Source: Anaerolineales bacterium (lineage in GTDB: Bacteria > Chloroflexota > Anaerolineae > Anaerolineales > Villigracilaceae). From it: DNA of 64,000 nucleotides. Both the position numbers and the translations under genes were made by a program. How positions within the stretch are numbered: the stretch's first letter is position 1; every line of letters starts with the position of its first letter. This document shows positions 17,667-27,600 of the stretch, piece by piece. The notes beneath the pieces were generated by a model, which made no database searches, was not told where the DNA came from, and saw nothing but the letters and a program-made list of their open reading frames with translations. The stretch is taken from positions 418 to 64,417 of the forward strand of contig DATHTH010000137.1 of assembly GCA_035463495.1 (NCBI GenBank), written 5' to 3'.

Positions 17667-20600
17667 ATGAACGACCACCCGTTCTTTCGTCCCCTGAATA
17701 GATCCAACTGGGGAGCACTCCAGATCGCCGGCTTTTATCTCCTGATGGGAGGGCTATGGATTCTGTTTTCGGATCAGGCAGCGGCCCGGATTGCCTCGAA
17801 TGAGCAGATGCTGGCGACAATCAGCCTGTATAAAGGATGGGCGTACGTGGTTGTCACTGCCCTCATCCTCTACTGGCTGGTACAGCGTCATACTCTCGCG
17901 CTGCAAGCAAGCGAAAAACATTTGCACCGAGTCCTGGATGCCATGCCGGTCTTCATCTCCTATGTCGGCGCCGACCGGCGTTATCAGTTCACCAACAAGA
18001 CGTATAAGGAATGGTTTGGCGCGAAGCCGGAGGGGAAGCACATCGAGGAAGTTTTGGGCAAGGCGGGCTATGGGATTGTTTCCGGACATATAGACAAAGT
18101 ACTTGCCGGCGAGACCGTGAGCTATGAAACGGAGATGCCCATTCACGGCCGTGACCATTTTCTTTACGTCCGGTATATTCCAGATCTTCAGCGAGACGGG
18201 CAGGTCAAAGGCTTCTTTGTTCTGGCGCTGGATCGGACCGATCAAAAAATTGCGGAGGAGGAGCGCCGGTTATGGGCGGACGCATTCGAGGGCTGTGCGC
18301 ACGGCATCGCCATCGACGACCCTCACTCCAACCGGATTGTCGTTTGCAACCCAGCGTTTGCAGGTCTGCATAGAAGTCGGGTCGAGGATATCGTCGGTTC
18401 ACCGATCCTGAGCCTCTACGCCCCACCAGATCATGAGCATCTGCGGCGCAGCATCCAAAAAGCAGACCAGATCGGTCATTCCCGGTTCGAGGCGAGGATG
18501 ATCCGCAAGGATGGTTCCACGTTTCCCGTTCAAATGGATCTGGTCAGCGTGCTCGGTGAAGCTGGGGAGTTGCTGTACCGTGTGGCGACCGCCCAGGATA
18601 TCTCGGAGCGACTGGCGGCGGAAAAGGTTTTGCAGGAATCCGAGGCGCGCTATCGCATCGTGTCAGAACTGACCAGCGACTATGCCTACAGCGACCGGGT
18701 GGAGCCGGATGGCAGCATCATCCCGGAATGGTTTACGGATTCCTTCACAAGGATTACGGGTTACACGCTAGAGGAAACAAAATCTGGTGACTTCTGGCAA
18801 AAGCTGATACACCCGGACGATGGTCCCATTCTCATGCGCCATATACAGAAGATCCTATCGGGCCAGCCTGATTCCGAGGAAATGCGCGTGCTGACAAAGA
18901 ATGGGGAAGTACGCTGGCTGCGCGATTTTGCTAACCCGGTGTGGGATGAGGCGGAAGAGCGAATCACGAGCTTATACGGCGCAGTGCAGGATATTACCGA
19001 ATCCAAACGCGCTCAGGAACAAATCCTGCATCAGGCGCGCTTGCTGGCGCAGATAGACGATGCCGTCATCGCCTCCGACGAAAATTTTGTGCTGACCTCC
19101 TGGAACCCCGCCGCCGAGCGCATCTATGGCTGGAAGGCGGAGGAAGTAATCGGCAGGAGAGGCGATGAAATTCTCCGCACAGAACTGCCACGAAAACCTC
19201 GTGCCGAAATGATACGTGAGTTAAGGGAGCGTGGTGAATTCTCCGCAGAAGTCATCCAATCCCGGAAAGATGGCTCCAGAGCGCAGATCGAGGCCCGCAC
19301 CGTGGCGTTGCACGATGAACACGGAAATCTGACCGGCTACGTGAGTGTCAACCGGGATATCACGGACCGGAAGCAGGCAGAGCAGGAAAAAATCAGCCTG
19401 GCGCGCTTTCCCGAAGAAAACCCCAACCCGGTGCTGCGCGCCACCCATGAAGGTAAGATAATCTATGCCAATGCCGCCAGCCAGCCACTATTAGCAGGCT
19501 GGCACACGCGAGTTGGAGAGTTCCTTCCGACTGATTGGCTCCCCCTTATCCATGAACTGATCCGGACAGGGTCAAGCAGGACAATTGATATTCGGTCTGG
19601 TGAAACAACGTACTCAATGATGATGGTGTACGCTCCGGATGCCAACGATGTCAATATCTATGGCCGGGACATCACGGAACGCAAGCGGGCAGAGGAGAAT
19701 CTGCGCCGCTTCCAGCTTCTTTCGGAGAACAGCCGGGATGTGATCCTGTTTATCAACCGTATAGATGGTCGCATCATGGAAGCCAATGCAGCGGCTGTCC
19801 GAGCCTATGGTTACAGCCGGGACGAATTGCTGGCGCTCTCCATCACAGATCTGCGCGCCGATGCCACTCTGAAGCTAACTCTGGAGCAAATGGCTCAGGC
19901 AGACACGGGAGGCATTCTCTTTGAGACCATACACCGGCGCAAAGACGGTTCGACGTTTCCTGTCGAGGTCAGCTCGCAGGGCGCGACGATCGGAGACAAC
20001 CGCACCCTGATCAGCATCATCCGTGACATTACCGAGCGAAAGCAAGCTGAAGCTGACCTTCGTCTCATAGACCAGCTTTTGCAGCTGACTAGCAAGATGG
20101 CAAAAGTGGGCGGCTGGGAATTCAACCCCAAGACCGGGGAGGGGACCTGGACAGACGAAGTCGCCAGAATACATGACCTTGACCCTGCACAGCAAACCGA
20201 CCTGCAACTTGGTCTGAGCTTTTATTCGGGCGAATCCCGTGAACGGGTGGAGCAGGCTGTCAGGGAAGCGATCGAGCTTGCCAAGCCGTATGACCTCGAG
20301 CTGGAAATGGTCACGACAAACGGCACTCGAAAATGGGTAAGAACGATGGGATTGCCTCTTACCCAGGATGGCAAAGTAATCAAGGTCCAGGGCATCTTCC
20401 AGGATATCACGGAGCGCAAACAGGCAGAGCACGAGATCCGTCGCCTGAATGAGGAACTGGAACAACGCGTCGTGGAACGCACCGAGCAATTACAGGCTGC
20501 CAACAAGGAGCTGGAGGCGTTTTCCTACTCCGTATCGCACGATCTTCGCGCCCCGTTGCGCGCCATCGACGGCTATACTCGCATCCTGGTGGAGGATTAC

Positions 20601-21188
20601 GAGCAGATCCTCGACGCGGAAGGCAAACGCATCTGCAACGTGATCAGTACCGAAGCGCGCCGTATGGGACAGTTGATCGATGACTTGCTTGCCTTTTCGC
20701 GCTTGGGCCGCAAGGAAATGTTCCGGTCCAGGATCGATATGAAGGCGTTGGCAGAATCTGTGTTCGCCGAGCTGCTCAAAGAGCAGGATGCGGGGCGCAT
20801 CGACTTCCAAATCGCAAAGTTGCCTACCACGAGGGGGGATCTTGCCCTCCTCCAACAGGTCTGGGTGAACCTGCTTGCCAACGCGATCAAGTTCACATCG
20901 AAGAAAGAGCGGGCGGTCATCGAGGTGGGATGCAAACAAAGCAAAGATGAGAATATCTATTATGTGCGCGATAATGGCGCCGGTTTCGATATGGAATATG
21001 CAAATAAACTATTTGGCGTCTTTCAGCGCTTACATAGCGAAAGTGAGTTCGAAGGGACCGGCGTCGGGCTTGCCATCGTCCAACGGATCATCGGCCGGCA
21101 CAGCGGGCGGGCCTGGGCGGAAGGAGAAGTGGAAAAAGGCGCAACCTTTTACTTCGCCCTTCCCAGGAAAGAGAATCCTCATGAATGA
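17667..21188 (+). CDS. Membrane-anchored multi-PAS (about 7) sensor histidine kinase
   Basis: 2 N-terminal TMs; repeated PAC endings (DITERK-like); H-box [13 protein letters not shown]; NLLANAIKF, DNGAGF and GTGVGL motifs. Confidence 0.95.
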   Translation: MNDHPFFRPLNRSNWGALQIAGFYLLMGGLWILFSDQAAARIASNEQMLATISLYKGWAYVVVTALILYWLVQRHTLALQASEKHLHRVLDAMPVFISYVGADRRYQFTNKTYKEWFGAKPEGKHIEEVLGKAGYGIVSGHIDKVLAGETVSYETEMPIHGRDHFLYVRYIPDLQRDGQVKGFFVLALDRTDQKIAEEERRLWADAFEGCAHGIAIDDPHSNRIVVCNPAFAGLHRSRVEDIVGSPILSLYAPPDHEHLRRSIQKADQIGHSRFEARMIRKDGSTFPVQMDLVSVLGEAGELLYRVATAQDISERLAAEKVLQESEARYRIVSELTSDYAYSDRVEPDGSIIPEWFTDSFTRITGYTLEETKSGDFWQKLIHPDDGPILMRHIQKILSGQPDSEEMRVLTKNGEVRWLRDFANPVWDEAEERITSLYGAVQDITESKRAQEQILHQARLLAQIDDAVIASDENFVLTSWNPAAERIYGWKAEEVIGRRGDEILRTELPRKPRAEMIRELRERGEFSAEVIQSRKDGSRAQIEARTVALHDEHGNLTGYVSVNRDITDRKQAEQEKISLARFPEENPNPVLRATHEGKIIYANAASQPLLAGWHTRVGEFLPTDWLPLIHELIRTGSSRTIDIRSGETTYSMMMVYAPDANDVNIYGRDITERKRAEENLRRFQLLSENSRDVILFINRIDGRIMEANAAAVRAYGYSRDELLALSITDLRADATLKLTLEQMAQADTGGILFETIHRRKDGSTFPVEVSSQGATIGDNRTLISIIRDITERKQAEADLRLIDQLLQLTSKMAKVGGWEFNPKTGEGTWTDEVARIHDLDPAQQTDLQLGLSFYSGESRERVEQAVREAIELAKPYDLELEMVTTNGTRKWVRTMGLPLTQDGKVIKVQGIFQDITERKQAEHEIRRLNEELEQRVVERTEQLQAANKELEAFSYSVSHDLRAPLRAIDGYTRILVEDYEQILDAEGKRICNVISTEARRMGQLIDDLLAFSRLGRKEMFRSRIDMKALAESVFAELLKEQDAGRIDFQIAKLPTTRGDLALLQQVWVNLLANAIKFTSKKERAVIEVGCKQSKDENIYYVRDNGAGFDMEYANKLFGVFQRLHSESEFEGTGVGLAIVQRIIGRHSGRAWAEGEVEKGATFYFALPRKENPHE

Positions 21189-21624
21189 TCACCATGTTGT
21201 CGAGGTTCTGCTCGTCGAGGACAACCCGCGGGATGCAGAGCTCACGATTCGCGCCTTGAAAAGACATAACCTTGCCAACCGGCTCGTGCATGTGAAGGAT
21301 GGCGCCGAGGCTTTGGACTTTCTGTTTGGCAGCGGCCCCTATGAGGGCCGCTCAATCGATACGTCACCACGGGTCGTCCTGCTTGATCTTAAGCTGCCCA
21401 AAGTCAATGGATTGGAAGTGCTGCGCCGAATGAAAGAGGATCGGCACCTGCGCAGCATCCCTGTTGTCATCGTCACTTCCTCGGCGGAAGACCCGGATAT
21501 GGAAGCGGCATACCAGCTGGGCGCCAACAGCTACGTGGTCAAACCGGTGCAATTCGATCAATTTATGGAAGCTATGAGCAAGCTGGGAGTTTACTGGTTG
21601 ATGCTTAATCATCCTTTGAAATAA
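21181..21624 (+). CDS. Single-domain response regulator (Rcp1-like)
   Basis: MNDHHVVEVLLVEDNP..LLDLKLP..GANSYVVKP; overlaps the kinase stop via ATGAATGA. Confidence 0.93.
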   Translation: MNDHHVVEVLLVEDNPRDAELTIRALKRHNLANRLVHVKDGAEALDFLFGSGPYEGRSIDTSPRVVLLDLKLPKVNGLEVLRRMKEDRHLRSIPVVIVTSSAEDPDMEAAYQLGANSYVVKPVQFDQFMEAMSKLGVYWLMLNHPLK

Positions 21625-21688
21625 GCAAAACAATGTAAGCCTCTTTTCAATATACCGGCCACAACCATCGCCGAAGAGGAAAGCACGT

Positions 21689-24600
21689 ATGAAGAATCCC
21701 ACTCGAATTTTGATCGCGGAGCATCTGGAAGCCGACGCCAATCTGGCGAAGCATATGATCCGCAAGGTCCTGAAACATTGTGAATTTCAGGTTGTGGAGA
21801 GCCGCAGGGAATTTCTGACCGCTGTGAAAACGCTCCAGCCGCATATAGTCCTGGCGGACAATGACTTACCTCATCTCAATGGCATGCAGGCGCTCAAGTT
21901 AGCTCGCAAGCACGCGCCGCTAGCCCCGTTCATCGTCTGGACGCGTTCCGTGGACGAAGAGTTGGCAGCCGCGTGCGTCAGAGCTGGTGCGGGGCATTGC
22001 CTGCTAAAGGCGAACGGTCAGGAGCTGGAACCCATTGTGCGACAGGCAATCAAGGAAAGACAGTTACTGCTGGAAAGAGACAGGGCAGAAGAGCGCTACC
22101 GGGCGATCTTTGAAAATTCTCCGGAGGGCATCTTCCAGTCCTCGCCGGAAGGGCGGTATCTGAACGTCAACCCCGCGATGGCAACGATATATGGATATAC
22201 ATCGCCGCGCGACATGCTCGAGTCTGTCACTGATATTGCCAGCCAGATTTACATCGATCCGGGGGAACGCGCCCACCTGATCGAAATGCTCGCGAAGCAT
22301 GGCACAGTGGAGAATTATGAACAGAAAAACCGTCGTAAGGATGGCAGCCTGATCTGGACGGACACAACCATGCGAGCCGTACGCGATGAGCATGGTGACC
22401 TCCTGTACATTGAAGGTTTTGTAAGAGACATCACTGCCCGCAAGAAGATGGAGGAACAGCTCCGGCAGGGTGAAGCCAGGTACCGCACACTGGTGGAACA
22501 ACTGCCTGTCATTACGTATATTTCTCAGCTGGACCAGTATATGGGGGTTTCATATATCAGTCCTCAGATCGAAACCCTCGGCTTCGACTCAGAGCAATGG
22601 CTCGCCGATCCAGAGTTGTGGTTCAGGCAGATCCACCCCGAAGATAAAGAACGTGTGGCATCCGCGCTGGAACAGTTCCGTGCGGGTGGCGAGGAATTTC
22701 GGACGGAGTACAGATTGGTTTTACCGAATGGGGAAACAAGATGGTTTGATGACCGCTCGGTCTATGTCCGAGATCAGAGCGGGCAGCCCATTTTTAAGCA
22801 GGGATTCATGGTCGATATCACGGAGCGTAAGCAGGCGGAGGCGGTGCTTCAGCGCAGTGAGTCGCGTTTTCGGGCGCTGATCGAAAACGGACTGGACGAT
22901 ATCTCGCTCCTCGCCGCCGATGGAACCCTGCTATGGGAGAGTCCATCCACGGTCCGCAACCTGGGATATCAACCGAATGAATACGTGGGGCGCAATATTT
23001 TCGAGATGATGCATCCCCACGACCTTCGCTGGACCTCCGAGCTGTACACAGAGCTGATCCGGGAGCCTGGCAGCCGCAAACAGGGCACCTTCCGGCTACG
23101 GCGTGTGGATGGCGCCTGGCGCTGGATGGAAGCGATCGTGACCAATATGTTGAACCAGCCGGGGATCGAGGCGATCATTGTCAACTATCGTGATGTTACG
23201 GAACGGAAGCAAGCTGAGGAGGCCCTGCGCCAGAGCCAGGCCCGTTATCAAAGTCTGGTCGAGACCTCCCACGATCTGATCTGGTCTATTGATCTGGACG
23301 GGAATTTTACTTTCTTGAACCATGCGGCTACAGAAATCCTCGGATATGAGCCAGAAAAACTGTTGGGGCGCTCCTTCCTGGAGCTTATTGATTCGGAACA
23401 CCATGGACCTCCGGATCTGCAACAGTACAGGGCTGTCCTGGAATCCCCGGAAGAATTCCAGGCTGACGAAACGTATGTACGGCACTCCGATGGCAGGCAG
23501 ATCGTTCTTAGCACAAAGTATGCCGTCATTCGGGATGCAGAGCGCAACATTATCGGGATCAGTGGAACCTCACACGATATCACTGCGCGCAAACAGGCGG
23601 AGGACGCACTAAAGGCAGAACGCAACTTGCTGCGGACGTTGATCGACAATCTGCCGGACCGCATCTATGCAATGGATACCCTGGGCCGCAAGATCCTGTC
23701 GAACACAGCAGACTGGCAGGCAGCCGGCGGCAAGTCGATGCAGGATGTGATCGGCAAGACGGATTTTGATGCCTACCCACCCGAACTTGCCGGGCAGTTC
23801 TGGGAACTGGACCAGGCCGTTATCAAGGCAGGAAATCCGGTCATCAACCACGAAGAGCCAGGATTGGATGCCGAAGGCAATCTCGTTTCAATCCTCACAA
23901 CCAAGATTCCGCTGCGGGATGAAAAGGGGCAGATCAACGGGCTGGTGGGCATCGGCCGGGATATCACCGAGCGCAAGCTTGCAGAAGCCCGTATTAACGA
24001 ACTCCTGGAGTTCAACGCGAAGATCTTGAATCATTCACCGCTTGGCATCCTCACGTATAAGCTGACGGGAGAATGCATCTTTGCCAACGAAAATGCGGCT
24101 GCGATCCTGGGGGCTTCTGTTGAGCAGCTTCAGGAACAGAACTTTCACTCGATTGAAGCCTGGAAGAAGTCGGGCTTATATGATCTGGTAATGCGCGCCA
24201 TCGATACGTCTTTGCCTGTCACAGCCGATATTCAGCAGAAGACTTTCGATAAAGAGGTGTGGTTAACCGTCCACTGTGTAACCTTCTACTCCGGAGGTGA
24301 ATCTCACCTACTGCTCACGCTTGCGGACATCACCGACCAAAAGCTGACAGAGGCAAGATTGCGTCAAAGCGAAAGTCGCTATCGCCTGGCGATCAGGGCT
24401 ACCAATGATGTGATCTGGGAGTGGGACCCGAAGAGCAATCGATTGTCCTGGAGCCAGAATGCGCCAATTGTATTCGGATATGAGACAGACGAAATCGCTC
24501 CTTATGCTACGTGGTGGGATGAGCGCCTTCATCCCGATGACTGCAGGCGTGTGGTCGACAAGCTGAGCAACCTGGTTGCGGGGGACGCGTCAATCTGGAG

Positions 24601-27600
24601 CGATGAATATCGTTTTTTGCGCAAGGACGGTTCCTACGCATACATTAGCGACCGCGGATACGTCGAACGTGACGCCGACGGCAGGGCATTGCGTATGATC
24701 GGCGCTATGTCGGATATCACGGAACGCAAACAGGCAGACGTCGAACGACAGGCGCTTTTCGAAATCATGCAGGGACTTGCACAGACCAATGACCTGGGTG
24801 AGCTGCTAAAACTCATTCACCAATCCATTGCCAGGGTGGTCTACGCTGAGAACTTCTTTGTCGTACTCCAGCAGCCTCGCAGCGGTCTGTTCGAAGAGAT
24901 TTATTCCGTGGACCAGTACGACCTGCCCGAGCCACCCTCAAGACTGGAAAAAAGTATCACGTCATACGTCTTTCACTCCGGTGAGCCGCTCCTGCTGACC
25001 CAGGCTCGATTTGAGGAATTGGTTGCGCAAGGAGAAGTGCAGCTTGTCGGAACTAATTCAAAATCCTGGCTCGGAGTACCGTTGAAAACATCTGGCACGA
25101 CGATCGGCGTTATGGTGGTTCAGGACTACGAGCGCGAACAGCGCTATTCAGCGCGAGACAGGGACTTCCTGGCATCGATTGCTGCGCAGGTTGCGCTGGT
25201 TATTCAGCGTAAACAGGCGGAGGAAACACTGCGTGAACAAGAGGAACAATATCGCGCCATCTTCGAAGGGGTACAGGATGCCATTCTTGTTGAGGCCACC
25301 GATGGAAGGATTCTTATGGTCAATGAACAGGCCTGTGAGATGTACGGGTACAGCCGAGATGCCTTCCTTGCCAGAACTGTTTTGGACCTCGTGCCTCCCG
25401 GGTACACCATCCTGTCGGCCGAAGGCAACGCTCCTACTCTGTCTGTTAGACCGTTTGAAACGGTCAACCGGCGCGCCACCGGGGAGCTGTTTCCTATTGA
25501 AATCAGCGGACGGTTGCTCACCATTAACGGGGAAACTATCCAGCTTGCTGTGATACGCGATCTTACTGAACGAAACCGCGCGGAGGCAGCCGAGCGTGAA
25601 CAACGCGCGCTGGCAGAGGCGCTGCGCGATACTGCCGAGATGCTCAGCAGCACTCTCGAATACGGCGTAGTACTGGATTACATCCTCGAGGCGGTCGGCC
25701 GCGTCGTCCCACATGACGCCGCTACTATTATGCTTTTGGATGGAGGCATAGCTCATGTGGTGCGTTTGCAGGGGTACGAGAAGCAAGGTTTTCACGATGA
25801 GATCAGAGGAATTCGCCTCCCGGTAGCGGAGACAACCAACCTGCGCCAGATGCATGAAACTCGACAACCTGTCGTGGTGACCGACACTCATACGTACCCG
25901 GGCTGGAAGCGACTGGAATCTACTGAGTGGCTGCGCTCGAGCGTTGGAGCACCCATCTCCATTTACGGCGAAGTGATCGGATTCATTTGTCTCGACGCGC
26001 AGACGCCGGCGTTCTTCACTCCCATCCATGCAGAGCGCCTGGAAGCCTTTGCCAACCAGGCGGCTCTTGCCATTCACAACGCCCGGTTGCTGCAACAGGC
26101 GCAAGTCGAAATTGCCGAACGAAGACAGGCCGAGGAAGGATTACGCGCCTCTGAAGAGCGCTTCCGGCAGTTGGCGGATAACATTCAGGAGGCCTTCTGG
26201 ATCACCGATGCAGAAACCAATGCAGAGATTTATATGAGCCCGGCTGTCGAAAAAATCTGGGGCCGGCCCGTGGATTATCTGCTGCATGAGCCGAACGCGT
26301 TTCTCGACAGCGTGTTCCCGGAAGACAAGTCTATACTTCTGGAAGCTATTCAAAAAGAAAAGAATGGTGAAAGAATTGAGATCGAATACCGCATTATCCG
26401 GCCGGATGGATCGTTGCGCTGGGTGTGGGACCGCGCCTTCCCAATCTTCGATGAGTCCGGCAAAGTCATAAGGATCGCCGGCATCTCTGCCGATATCACA
26501 GAACGCCGGGAGTCTGAGATGGCGCTGGTGCAGAGTCAGAGCCGATACCGGGAGCTCTTTGACAGCTCGCCCATCTCACTCTGGGAGGAGGACTTTTCGG
26601 AGGTCAAGCGCCGAATCGATCTTCTGCGAACAAACGGCGTTGCCGACATTGATCAATATCTTTCCAGCCATCCTGAGCTTCTGATTGAGTTAGCTTCCCT
26701 GGTGCGGGTTACCGATGTCAACCAGGCCGCTCTGGAACTTTACCAGGTCAGTCGTAAAGAAATATTGCTCAAAAGCCTCCCCGAAATCCTGAGCAATTCT
26801 GCCCAAAGCCATTTTCAGGAGGAGCTCCGCGGTCTCACCAGTCCAGCAAGAAGATTTGTCTGGGAGGGTACTGATCCCACGCTCGATGGCAGACAAATGG
26901 CGATAATGGTCACCGGATCGGTCCCCCAAGGCTATGAAGAAGACTGGTCGAAGGTACTTGTTTCCATCAGTGACATTACAACACGAAAACGCGCCGAGGA
27001 GGAAGTGCGCCGCCGGGCAGAAGAAACGGCTGCCCTGCTAGAGACATCACTGGCGCTGACCGATTTGGATTTGAACACGATCCTGCGAACAATCAGCAAT
27101 TCCGCCAAAGCGCTTTTTGCCGCGGATGGCTGCCGGGTCTTCCTCATGGAACCGGACGGTCAAACACTGCGCTGCGTGCTGGCACTGCAAGAGGACTTTG
27201 CGGCTTTTTCAGATCTGAGAATCAAAATAGGAGAGGGGGTCACCGGGGCTGTGGCGGCGAGCGGCCGGGCAGAGATTGTAAATCAGATGCAGGCTGATCC
27301 GCGCGCCGTGCAGGTGGCGGGTACTCCTTATGAAGAGGAAGCCATCATGTTTGCTCCGCTTAAGGAGCGGGATCGCACAATCGGCGTTCTGAGCATCCGC
27401 CGTAGGGGACAGAGTCGTCATTTCGAACCAGCCGATCTCGAGCTGCTCGAGGCGCTGGCAGCGATGGCTGCCTCGGCGGTTTCGAATGCCCGTCTGTTCG
27501 AGGAGACACAGCGCCGGCTGGCTGAGCTAGAGGCTTTATATGAGAATGGCCTGGCGGTGGGCCGCCTCCTGGAGCCTCGCCAGATCGGCGAGCGCATCAT